Shown here one piece after another: positions 16,881-25,460 of a stretch of 27,311 nt of DNA. A program made the position numbers and the translations under genes. How positions within the stretch are numbered: position 1 is the first letter of the stretch; each line of letters opens with the position of its first letter. The notes under the pieces were generated by a model that did no database searches, was not told where the DNA came from, and saw only the letters and a program-made list of their open reading frames with translations. The DNA is from a virus (lineage: Duplodnaviria; Caudoviricetes): positions 1 to 27,311 of the IMG/VR virus record IMGVR_UViG_3300045911_000549, one strand, 5' to 3'.

Positions 16881-18395
16881 TTACGAGGACACCCCCTTCC
16901 CAGTTTCGGCTTGCCCGACCAATCTGGCTAGGGCAGCTTTGCTCATTGGGTCAATCCAATCGTATACTCGCTGGGCAATCGTGCTGGTAGTATTTTCCCA
17001 GCTATCCCCCAGCATTCCCGTTGGTTCGATTTCCTGTAATTGCTTCCAGCTTATCCCCTTCGCTGCTGCCTTGATCCCCAGCCGTGAACGGATATCCACA
17101 GCACCGTGAAGGTCTACGGCTTCCTTCGGAACCGAAGGGGGCTCCCATGCGTCCCCTTTTTCGTCGTCCCCTTCCCCTTCGGCTGGCTCATTGCTGGGGA
17201 CATGCGTATTAGGTAAAGGGACTTCCCCGTATTCGTCCTCCCGTTGCTGGGCATTTTTTGCCTTAGGCTCGGGCTCGTTTATTGGCCCTTCGCAAACATA
17301 GTGGTCGGGGCTGGGGTCGATGAGCTTAGTTGCACGCAAGGCAGTGTAAATGGCCTGCCCTTCGGATAGAAAAAGCTCCTCGGGCTTACGCACATCCCTG
17401 CCAATCACCCGGCTCATCATGGCCCAAGCCCAACCTTTTGGATATTGCAGCCGTTTCAATTCCCCGACGATTTTGTCCCAATCGGCTGGGGTGATCTTTG
17501 TCTTATCTGGGGCAGGGGCAGGGGCAGGGGCAGGGGCAGGGGCTGGGGCAGGTTGCGTATTCACGGCTGGCCTTATATTTGGATTTCTGTTTTCTGTTTG
17601 ATTCTGGGGGGCCTGATCCAACGAAGGCTTCGCTTTGGCTTTGGCGATTGCCGAAGCAATGTTGTTCCAACATTCTTTTGCTGACGATCCTGCCCGAATA
17701 ACCTCGGGCAAGCCGTAACGATTCTTGGCGACCACTGCCAGATTAGTCGATGTCCTGACGATCCTGCCCGATAAAGACTTCACTTTGTCGTCCTTGATCT
17801 CGCTCTGGTATCCCCCGAACAACATTGCATCTGCCCATTTGTGGGTAAGCTTGTAAAGCTCTTCCACCCCTTCGGGCTTATACTGGTCGTAGTCTTGGGC
17901 TTCGGGATTGTTGACCGTTTTGATCTTGGTGTGCGATAGCAAAAGGATCGTCATACGCCTTTGTTTCCTGATTTGATCCAAGACCCGTAAGAAGCCTGCC
18001 CATTCGTCCACGCAAGATTTTGCCCCCTGCCCGTAGCTGTTAAATTTGGCTGGGGAATTATCGTAGTATTCGGCTTGAACGTGCTGGCAGAGGAGTCTTT
18101 CAGCTCCGTTGCTGGTATCGATGACGAGGGTTTTGAATTCGTGATCGGCTTTAAGAACCTGATCGACACAGCTCATAAGCTGTCTCCAGCTTTTGCAATC
18201 CTCGGGAAAGTGTGCCGTTTCCCCGACCCGTTTGGCATCGATCAATTCAAGAAGCCCCGTTTCGCCTTCCGTCATAATAAAGACCGGGTCTTTGGCAAAA
18301 GCCCCGAGCGAGGATTTCCCCCAGCCTTCGGGGGCATAAAAGTAAATACGGGGGGGCAGGCTTTCAGTCGTTCTTACGACATTTAGCGGTGGCAT
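16881..18395 (-). CDS. AAA_24 / Sak4-like ATPase (phage single-strand annealing recombinase) with an (Ala-Pro)n linker and C-terminal extension
   Basis: Walker A YAPEGWGKSS, Walker B TLVIDT, LLLSHT, KWADAMLF, AKNRYGLP. ATG at 18395 follows a GGAG RBS. Confidence 0.85.
   Translation of the reverse strand: MPPLNVVRTTESLPPRIYFYAPEGWGKSSLGAFAKDPVFIMTEGETGLLELIDAKRVGETAHFPEDCKSWRQLMSCVDQVLKADHEFKTLVIDTSNGAERLLCQHVQAEYYDNSPAKFNSYGQGAKSCVDEWAGFLRVLDQIRKQRRMTILLLSHTKIKTVNNPEAQDYDQYKPEGVEELYKLTHKWADAMLFGGYQSEIKDDKVKSLSGRIVRTSTNLAVVAKNRYGLPEVIRAGSSAKECWNNIASAIAKAKAKPSLDQAPQNQTENRNPNIRPAVNTQPAPAPAPAPAPAPAPDKTKITPADWDKIVGELKRLQYPKGWAWAMMSRVIGRDVRKPEELFLSEGQAIYTALRATKLIDPSPDHYVCEGPINEPEPKAKNAQQREDEYGEVPLPNTHVPSNEPAEGEGDDEKGDAWEPPSVPKEAVDLHGAVDIRSRLGIKAAAKGISWKQLQEIEPTGMLGDSWENTTSTIAQRVYDWIDPMSKAALARLVGQAETGKGVSS
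17509..17552. repeat. GGGGCA hexamer repeat encoding an (AP)n linker
   Basis: About 7 tandem copies visible. Confidence 0.9.
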
Positions 18396-18578
18396 TTCTG
18401 GCTCCAAGAGTCAATAAAAAGGATGAGGGTTAAAAGCCCCAAGCCTATCAATCCTGAGATGGCAAAGGGGTTGCTGGTCTGGTGCTGGCAGGCAATACCT
18501 ACCAAGACAGCCAAAATACAGGCAGAAAAAAATCTCATTATCAACGTTCTCCGATGTTGATTTCCCCTCTTGGGGAAA

Positions 18579-18649
18579 GAATAGGCTGGGAATCGAACCC
18601 AGATTTCCCCCTTGTTTCGGGGGCTTCGCTACCGTTGGAATACCTATTC
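18579..18649 (-). tRNA. Full-cloverleaf tRNA-like gene with a non-canonical anticodon loop (nominal AAC)
   Basis: GAATAGG-TA-TTCCAACGGTAGCGAA-G-CCCCC GAAACAA GGGGG-AAAT-CTGGG TTCGATT CCCAG-CCTATTC. Acceptor, anticodon and T stems are perfect; it lacks U33 and an encoded CCA. Confidence 0.65.
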
Positions 18650-18772
18650 AATAGGGGTGGTGGATTCTTGCAGCCGTCCGTTGCTGAATCGATATCCCCC
18701 GTAGCGTCCTTGCTTCGCCACCCCTGATCTTTGTTTAGTAAATCGGCGTTGTAGCGTCAATACTAAAATCCG

Positions 18773-19009
18773 CTATTTAGAATTTTCCTCTTGGAAGGTG
18801 CAGAAAATTCTTTGATCCTGCCCCCCGATCTTGCAAGCAATCCAGCCTTTCCAGATACTTACGCAACCATAATCGTTTACAAGGCTGACCCCTTCGAGCT
18901 TCGCTTGCTCTGCCCCTATTCGCTTGCAGATTGCCCTAAGAGCATTAGGTCGGCTTTTGCATCGGGTCGAGATAAATTCTTTGTTGAATCGGATTGATAG
19001 CTCTACCAT
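18773..19009 (-). CDS. Small hypothetical protein
   Basis: 78-aa ORF co-directional with its neighbours. Confidence 0.55.
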   Translation of the reverse strand: MVELSIRFNKEFISTRCKSRPNALRAICKRIGAEQAKLEGVSLVNDYGCVSIWKGWIACKIGGQDQRIFCTFQEENSK

Positions 19010-19054
19010 TCTGGTATTGTACCAATCCCTTAAGGGAAAAGGGGCAGCGAAAGG

Positions 19055-19786
19055 TTAGTAAGATCGGATGAGACGGGTCACGGCTACAATGTTTCCGTTT
19101 TCCCTGATTGCCCCATCATTAGGCCCTGTTCCCGGGTAAAAAATATCAGATCGGCTGGCCCCAATCCTCGAAGCAACAATGGCTGAGACGATATAAACCT
19201 TTCCAGCTTCTGGGGCAGGAATTCCTTCGACCTCGCCGAAAGTTGTTCCTGCCCAAAAGAATCCTGTCAAAGCTGCCCCCGAGGTTGTGGCGACTCGTGC
19301 AACGATCCCAGACGGTTCAACGATGATCTTTTCTTCCCCCCACAAGATCGTTATCTTGTGGGGGGTCAGATTGACCAGCTCATAATTTTGCGGAACAGGG
19401 GGCTTTGAAGCTTGGGCTTCCTTCACGAAAGCTTCAAGGTCATCAAGGCGTTTTGCTTGATCGGGATACGATTGTTGCAAGATTTTACGGGCATTCTCAA
19501 GACTGACTTTCAGCCTAGCTCGCACTTCTTCCCAACTATTGCAATCATCCCCCCAAGTCTTGTGCAGGGGAGAAAGCAATTCGATTGCCCGAACCCCTTC
19601 GCACAAAAGAAGTTTGTAATCAGTAAATGACCACTTTCCGTTTTTTGTGTATTGCTCGGATGATATCGCATACCACCCAGCTTCGTTGCTGCCCGTAAAG
19701 GCAAGTACCTCGTTTCCTTTGGCGAACCAAAGATGAGGACGACGGTTGCCTGCTTGCAAACCGTTGTTGTAATTGTAAATTTCCAT
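19055..19786 (-). CDS. Two-domain phage protein; C-terminal NLTPH-motif domain
   Basis: ATG 19786 after AAGGAG. The C-terminal LVNLTPH...PSGIVARV...GIPAPEAGKVYIVS...RSDIFYP...RENGNIV belongs to a widespread small phage protein family. Confidence 0.7.
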   Translation of the reverse strand: MEIYNYNNGLQAGNRRPHLWFAKGNEVLAFTGSNEAGWYAISSEQYTKNGKWSFTDYKLLLCEGVRAIELLSPLHKTWGDDCNSWEEVRARLKVSLENARKILQQSYPDQAKRLDDLEAFVKEAQASKPPVPQNYELVNLTPHKITILWGEEKIIVEPSGIVARVATTSGAALTGFFWAGTTFGEVEGIPAPEAGKVYIVSAIVASRIGASRSDIFYPGTGPNDGAIRENGNIVAVTRLIRSY

Positions 19787-19882
19787 AACGCTCCTTTTTG
19801 TCATTTACTTACAATCTGGATAGTTCCCAAATGACAAAAAACTATCCAAAAAAATAAAATCTTTAGGCTGGGCTTATCAAGA

Positions 19883-20101
19883 TTAGAAAGCTCGTCGATC
19901 CCCTACCCAGACTTCGACGATTCGGGGCCGATCCAAAGAATTCCCGTATTGAAGGGATTCAATTTGCATTAAGGCAAAGACTTTTTTGACCACCGAATCG
20001 TCGGTTTCATTCGGGTAAGGCCCCATGTTTACGAATCGGGCAGGGATACCGTTCTTGCTGTTCCATTCGGTTGTTACTAAAACTCTGACTGCAATGTTCA
20101 T
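19883..20101 (-). CDS. Small hypothetical early protein
   Basis: 72 aa, GGAG RBS, first gene after the promoter at 20138-20166. Confidence 0.65.
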   Translation of the reverse strand: MNIAVRVLVTTEWNSKNGIPARFVNMGPYPNETDDSVVKKVFALMQIESLQYGNSLDRPRIVEVWVGDRRAF

Positions 20102-20137
20102 CTGTTTGTCTCCGTGTAGCGTAATTGCTATGTAAGT

Positions 20138-20166
20138 ATCTTATCCGCTATAGCGGATTATTACAA
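20138..20166 (-). promoter_or_regulatory. Early promoter with a 16-bp palindromic operator in its spacer
   Basis: TTGTAA-N17-TAAGAT; perfect palindrome ATCCGCTATAGCGGAT at 20143-20158. Confidence 0.7.
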
Positions 20167-20303
20167 GTGAGATTCTGGGAATTATTGAGATTTATTTTTG
20201 AAGGGAAAAGGGAAAGAAGGGGCAGGGGCAAGGGCAAGGGCTTTATTCGGCTGGGGCTTCTTCGGGCATCGGGCTTTTTATTTCTTCGGTTTGGCAGCAA
20301 GTC

Positions 20304-20340
20304 AAAAAAACCCCTGCAAGATTTTTAGGTCTTGCAGGGG
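20304..20340 (-). terminator. Rho-independent terminator
   Basis: CCCCTGCAAGA/TCTTGCAGGGG stem followed by a T7 run on the minus strand. Confidence 0.65.
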
Positions 20341-20399
20341 TATCGGAGAAAATCGACCTTGCAGAAATGCGAGCTAGGTCATCCCCTTTTATACGAATT

Positions 20400-21010
20400 T
20401 TCGCAGGGCAGTAAAGACTGAATGTGTCTTCATTTTCTGATCCAATCAGGCACTACCATTTTGCCCCCTTTTTTGATCGATTTTTCTCCCCCTAAATCTT
20501 ATCAAATTTTGGTCAAAATTCAAAGTATCGAATTTTCCGGCTGCTCCTAATTTAGGATAGCCTAATCTACCTAAATCTTTGCAGAATAAGACCTTACAAA
20601 ATTGTAAATTTACGCTATAGCTACGGCTTACTTAATCTGACTTTATTTGATTCGCTTGTCGAATTTAATCTAAGTGCTTGTGCTGCAAGGCTTTAGGTGG
20701 TACTATCTGGCAAATTTTACCTACTAAATCTGACTTTCGTAAACCCTTATCCTACAAGGGTTTAGGTACTTAATTTGATTATTCAGACAATACCATATAA
20801 GTATTTTATTAAAGAAGGAGTTTTAAGAAATAGATAGTATACTTCATATATATCTATGGTTGTCGAATTAATCAATTTTAATATCTAAACCCTTGCAGGG
20901 TAAGAAGTTAGATAGCTCAATTTTATGCGAAAAAATGCGGAAAAAGTCAGATTTATTTAACCCCTTTGTCGATAATATGTTATGATCGATTTTTTGGGCT
21001 TTAATTTCTA
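20400..21010. promoter_or_regulatory. AT-rich non-coding control region (ori/packaging-like) with five TAA-N4-TT-N7-AA-N4-TTA sites
   Basis: No ORFs. Dyad sites start at 20572, 20671, 20740, 20886 and 20958. AATCTGACTTT and TTGTCGAATT are repeated, and an extended -10 (TGtTATGAT) lies at 20978-20986. Confidence 0.65.
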
Positions 21011-21027
21011 GGGGGTTAAAATCGCTT

Positions 21028-21494
21028 ATGGCAGCCGATCATTTACAGGGGGTAGAAAGTCCAAATGACCACCCAAAATCGATTCTCGGGGCATCTGGTG
21101 CGAAGCTACGGCTTGAATATCGAAAAGCTTCTGAATTGGTCGAAAATCCTAAAAATTGGAGACGACACCCGCAAAGTCAGATCGACACCCTCGGCGATGT
21201 CATCTCGCAAGTAGGCTGGGCAGGGGCTTGTTTGCTTAACGAAAAAACGGGTAGGTTAATCGACGGGCACGCAAGGCAAAAAGTGGCCCTCCAAAATGGG
21301 GATGTTCCTATCCCTGTTTTGATCGGGTCGGCAAACAATTTACCAGCACCCGAAAATTTGGCAAGACCCATCAAAATGTGTTAGTATTTGTAAAGGGAGA
21401 CGCTCGCAAGGCTGTCGAAGCTTTGGGGGAATGCGTTTTCGGGGAGCTGCCCGACCCCGACCAAGCCGAAGGAGAACCCGATGGGCAAGCCTAG
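21028..21494 (+). pseudogene. ParB-N / DNA methyltransferase fusion gene with a large internal deletion
   Basis: The ParB-like NPKNWRRHP...GRLIDGHAR...IPVLIGS is joined out of frame at ~21324 to RVGKQFTSTRKFGKTHQNVLVFVKGDARKA..., the C-terminus typical of phage ParB-methylases. Confidence 0.7.
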
Positions 21495-21906
21495 AAAGCT
21501 TTCGTCTCAATCCCCCCTGCTCAGGACAATAGTAAGAACGATTCCCCCATTGTCGGGGGATCAACTACGGGATAGCTCTACGGCTGCAGACGGGTCAGGG
21601 GCAGCCGGTTACGAAGCTGGGGAGCCTATTCAGCAAACACAATTTATTTTTCGCATGGATGATAGTTTTGAGTCCGAGTCAAGCGATTGGGTTAGCCGAG
21701 CGGAATGGTTTAAAGACGGGTCAGCTATCGGAAGCCCCGGGCCTTGTGTTGTCGTGACCTACAAAGACAAACAAGGGGCTGAAACCGTATCGTGCCTTTA
21801 TTCCGGTTTTACCAGATACCAGTGGCGTCTTTTTCTCGCTGCCCCTTCAAAAGGCAAATTTGTCCACCGTTGGCTATACGATAAACCTTACCGGAAAATA
21901 GGGTAA
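21481..21906 (+). CDS. KTSC domain-like protein
   Basis: ESSDWVSRAEW...WRLFLAAPSKGKFVHRWL matches the KTSC pattern; AAGGAG RBS. Confidence 0.6.
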   Translation: MGKPRKLSSQSPLLRTIVRTIPPLSGDQLRDSSTAADGSGAAGYEAGEPIQQTQFIFRMDDSFESESSDWVSRAEWFKDGSAIGSPGPCVVVTYKDKQGAETVSCLYSGFTRYQWRLFLAAPSKGKFVHRWLYDKPYRKIG

Positions 21907-21928
21907 TTACTCTAAATAGTGTACAATT

Positions 21929-22321
21929 ATGACCCCCCTGAGTCGTGATCCCGAAAGAATCAAAAAAGCCCTTACAAAGTGCAAGGGTAATATCTCGCAG
22001 GCAGCCAAAGCCCTTGACGTAACCCGGGGCTGGCTGCACACGTTAATAAATCAATATCCCGAATGCTTAGAAATCGTCGAAGATGCCCGTCAGGAGCTTG
22101 TTGATCTTGCCGAGCTAAAGATGCACCAGTTTGTTCTAGAGGGACAGCCGTGGGCTGTTTCGCTTACCCTTACGCATCTTGGGAAGAACCGGGGCTGGAC
22201 GAAAGAAAAGGAAGAGAAAAAAGAATCTTTGGAGACCTTACTTGATCTCTTACCCCCCGAGCTTGCCGAACCAATTAGGGGATATATTGCTCGAAAGATT
22301 GCCGAGGCATCTGCTCAATAA
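21929..22321 (+). CDS. Terminase small subunit-like HTH protein
   Basis: Fis-type HTH ALTKCKGNISQAAKALDVTRGWLH followed by VDLAELKM..GQPWAV..L..LGKNRGW; lies immediately upstream of TerL. Confidence 0.7.
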   Translation: MTPLSRDPERIKKALTKCKGNISQAAKALDVTRGWLHTLINQYPECLEIVEDARQELVDLAELKMHQFVLEGQPWAVSLTLTHLGKNRGWTKEKEEKKESLETLLDLLPPELAEPIRGYIARKIAEASAQ

Positions 22322-23750
22322 AATCGCAGCCGATTACAATACAAGCCCCCGACGATACCGCAAAAAGCCTTTTGAGTATGTCGCTGAGTATTGTGGTGTG
22401 ATTTGGGATAAACAAAGGCAGATTATCCAGTCTTTTGAGACTGCCCCCCATCGCGTGCTTGTCCGATCAGGGCACAAGGTCGGCAAAAGTTGGCTGAACG
22501 CTGCCTTAATCACATACGCATACGAATGTTGTGGGCCTTGTCGCGTTATCGTCACTGCCCCTACCAAAGACACTTTGAAGGATACCCTTTTTGGGGAGCT
22601 GCGCAAGAACCGTCCGAATCTGCCCGGGCTAAAGCCAGTCAATCCCGAGGCTTCAATGCGACCCGGCTGGGATATCATGGCAAGGGCCACCAATCGGGGG
22701 GAAGCCTTTCAGGGCAGGCACGGGGAGATCGTATACTTATTTTTCGACGAAGCTACGGGGATTCACCCGATTTATTTTGAAGCTGGGACTTCGATGCACA
22801 CCGGCGTTCAAGACATGGGGTCTTGGGTATGCACATACAATCCCTTAGATATTACTTCATACGTATATTTCTTAGAGCAAACAGGGCTTTGGGATGTGAT
22901 ATCTATATCCCAGCTTGAACATCCGAACATCCAAGCTGAATTAAACGGGCTGGCCCCACCGTATCCTTCGGCTGTTCGGCTGAATCAAGTAATTACTTCG
23001 CTTGATGAGTACGGGACAAGGCTTTCGGATCGTGACCCAGAATATCCCAACGAAGTCGTTTTGACTTGGAAAGATGGGAGAAAAGTCCGGTGGCTGCCCG
23101 GGCCAATTGCAGACGCTCGGGTTCTAGGACGCTGGCCCCAAGAAGGGATAAATACCGTGTGGACAGAAAGCCTTTGGAATAGGGTAATGGGAATCCGTCG
23201 CGACGTCGATCCTAAATGGAAAGTTCAAATAGGGTGCGATGTTGCCAGATACGGGGATGATTCCACGACAATTTGGGTAAGGAAGGGAATCGCCTTTATG
23301 GAAGCTCACGAGATTAAAAAGGCCAGCACCAAGCAAATTGCCGATATTCTGAAGAACCTTTGTTGGCAGTACAAAGCCGACAGAGATGAAAAACAGATTC
23401 CCGTTCTAATCGACGGAATTGGGGTCGGGGGTGGGGTCGTTGACAATGCCGACGGCTTCAAATTTATTGACGTACAATCTTCAGCGAAACCTAGCCGAGA
23501 AGACTGTCATAATTTTCGATCCGAGCTTTGGATTGCCCCCCTTGAACATGCAAAAGAAGATTTGATAGACCTAAGCCGGATTCCTAAGAATATGCTCCAT
23601 CGGCTTCGGAATGAATTATTAGGGGCCAGATATATCATCACCCCAGATAATAAATATCTGGTAGAATCTAAAGACCGTATGAAGGAAAGACTAAAACGCT
23701 CGCCTGATTATGCGGACGGCTTCAATCTAGCTTGTTATTGGGTGCATTAG
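22179..23750 (+). CDS. terL: Terminase large subunit (true start probably ~22263-22300)
   Basis: Walker A VRSGHKVGKS, VTAPT, Walker B LFFDEA, coupling motif TYNP, nuclease motifs IGCDVARYGDD and RSPDYADG. Confidence 0.93.
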   Translation: MGRTGAGRKKRKRKKNLWRPYLISYPPSLPNQLGDILLERLPRHLLNKIAADYNTSPRRYRKKPFEYVAEYCGVIWDKQRQIIQSFETAPHRVLVRSGHKVGKSWLNAALITYAYECCGPCRVIVTAPTKDTLKDTLFGELRKNRPNLPGLKPVNPEASMRPGWDIMARATNRGEAFQGRHGEIVYLFFDEATGIHPIYFEAGTSMHTGVQDMGSWVCTYNPLDITSYVYFLEQTGLWDVISISQLEHPNIQAELNGLAPPYPSAVRLNQVITSLDEYGTRLSDRDPEYPNEVVLTWKDGRKVRWLPGPIADARVLGRWPQEGINTVWTESLWNRVMGIRRDVDPKWKVQIGCDVARYGDDSTTIWVRKGIAFMEAHEIKKASTKQIADILKNLCWQYKADRDEKQIPVLIDGIGVGGGVVDNADGFKFIDVQSSAKPSREDCHNFRSELWIAPLEHAKEDLIDLSRIPKNMLHRLRNELLGARYIITPDNKYLVESKDRMKERLKRSPDYADGFNLACYWVH

Positions 23751-23751
23751 T

Positions 23752-25347
23752 ATGGTAACACAATCGACGCAGGCTCGGCAAATGACCGAAAAAGAATGGC
23801 AATCGCTGGTGGATGAGCGTTACCGGGAGTATGTGGCTAAACAGGGGGGCATCGATCCCCTTGTTACAGCTGTTCAGGAAGCAATGTTGGCTCTCAATGG
23901 GGTTGGGCAGGCAAATTACTGGTGGGGTGACCCGAGGGAAAAAATATACGATAGTCAGAATAATATCTTACAAACGGCTTACCCTGCTACGCTGTCCCCC
24001 AATCGGGGCATGGGGGAAGACCTGCCCGTCCAGATCACCGAAACAGAATTGATGTGGCTTCGGAACATTTCGAGGGTTCTTTGTGCCACAAACGAATATG
24101 CAGCCTCGGGGCTTGAAAACCGAATCAATTACATAATCGGGGAAGGGCTGCAATACAAAGTGAAGGCAATCGAAGGGGCTCCGAATCTGGGCAGCCTTGT
24201 CAGAGATGCCCAAGCCCTGATAGACCTTTTTTGCGAGATGGTCGATCTTTCTGACATCGAGGAAGAGTGGCAGGTTAGAAACGACATCGACGGGGAAAGC
24301 TTCCTTCGGCTTTTTCCACAATCTGACGGTTCAATGAAGGTAAGGTTTGTCGAACCGGAATGGGTGCGGTCGGTCAACGGGAATTCCCCCCAATGCTCAT
24401 ACGGGATCGAAACCGACCCTGATGATGTCCAAACCGTTCTACGATATTGGGTCTGCCCCGACCCCTTTACAAACGCACCCCCCGAACCTATCGATCCTGC
24501 CTTTATTATGCACAGCAAAATTCGGGTCATGCGTTCGAGCAAAAGGGGCAGGCCCCTATTCTATCCCGTCTTCGCGAATCTAAAAAGGATCGAAGCCCTC
24601 GGCAAATCGATATCAGCTATCGCAGTGGCAAGAGCAAAAATTGCTATGATCCGAAGGTTAAAAAACGGAACCCAAAACGCTGGGAATATCCTAAAAGAAA
24701 AGGTCACAGCCGTAACTGCTACCGATCCTGTCACGAATCGGGAGCGGAATATCGAGGATTTCAAAGACGGTTCAATTGTAAACGCTAATGATTTGATCGA
24801 CTATGAGTTCCCTTCTGCCAATATCTCGGCTGGTGAATTTATCGCAGTTTTCCAGCAAGAGCTTCGGGGGGTGGCAGCATCCCTAAATATGCCCGAATGG
24901 ATGCTAACCTCCAATAGCGAGAATATGGGGGCTTACACATCTTCTTTGGTATCCGAAGCCCCGATGAACCGAAGTATAAAACGCTGGCAGAAAAGGGCAA
25001 AAAACTTTTTTGCACGCCGAAGGATAAACCCCAATATGTCCCTCCTTTGGCGATACCTTTGCCATTGTGCTGCCCTCGGGATGGTCGATCAAAAGTATTT
25101 TCGTTGGATCGAGATTGAAGCTACTTGCCCGTCACTGGAAACGCGAGATCTCGATAGACAGGCCAATCGCCACAAAACCTATTTTGATATTGGTGTGATG
25201 ACAAAGCCCGAGATAAGGGCAGAAATTGGGCTTGATCCAAACGCAGTTTTCCAAAAAGCATTGGAGGGGCAGACCGAAAAAACCGATACCCAAAATGGTC
25301 AAGCTGGAGATGATTCGGGGGACGACCCTTTCGAGTCCGCCGACTAA
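23752..25347 (+). CDS. Portal protein (lambda-like)
   Basis: Follows TerL. Contains RVLCATNEYA, DGESFLRLF, VRFVEPEWV, YGIETDPDD, KRGRPLF and ASLNMPEWMLT. Confidence 0.88.
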   Translation: MVTQSTQARQMTEKEWQSLVDERYREYVAKQGGIDPLVTAVQEAMLALNGVGQANYWWGDPREKIYDSQNNILQTAYPATLSPNRGMGEDLPVQITETELMWLRNISRVLCATNEYAASGLENRINYIIGEGLQYKVKAIEGAPNLGSLVRDAQALIDLFCEMVDLSDIEEEWQVRNDIDGESFLRLFPQSDGSMKVRFVEPEWVRSVNGNSPQCSYGIETDPDDVQTVLRYWVCPDPFTNAPPEPIDPAFIMHSKIRVMRSSKRGRPLFYPVFANLKRIEALGKSISAIAVARAKIAMIRRLKNGTQNAGNILKEKVTAVTATDPVTNRERNIEDFKDGSIVNANDLIDYEFPSANISAGEFIAVFQQELRGVAASLNMPEWMLTSNSENMGAYTSSLVSEAPMNRSIKRWQKRAKNFFARRRINPNMSLLWRYLCHCAALGMVDQKYFRWIEIEATCPSLETRDLDRQANRHKTYFDIGVMTKPEIRAEIGLDPNAVFQKALEGQTEKTDTQNGQAGDDSGDDPFESAD

Positions 25348-25362
25348 AAAGGAACCCCCCGG

Positions 25363-25410
25363 GCTGGGGCAGTCCAGTAATAACGAAGCCACATTTACTG
25401 GCTGCCCCAG
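25363..25410. other. Long intergenic hairpin between the portal and protease genes
   Basis: CTGGGGCAG-T-CCAGTAA ... TTACTGG-CTGCCCCAG; no downstream U-tract. Confidence 0.55.
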
Positions 25411-25460
25411 ATATTGAAAACCTATCTTGACAATTCAGTGATTTTGGTAAAACTTAGAAT

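Noticed and set aside
18386-18545. Hydrophobic minus-strand frame (..NEIFSACILAVLVGIAC..GLIGLGLLTLILF..)
   Set aside because: Looks like a membrane peptide, but no in-frame start codon was found.
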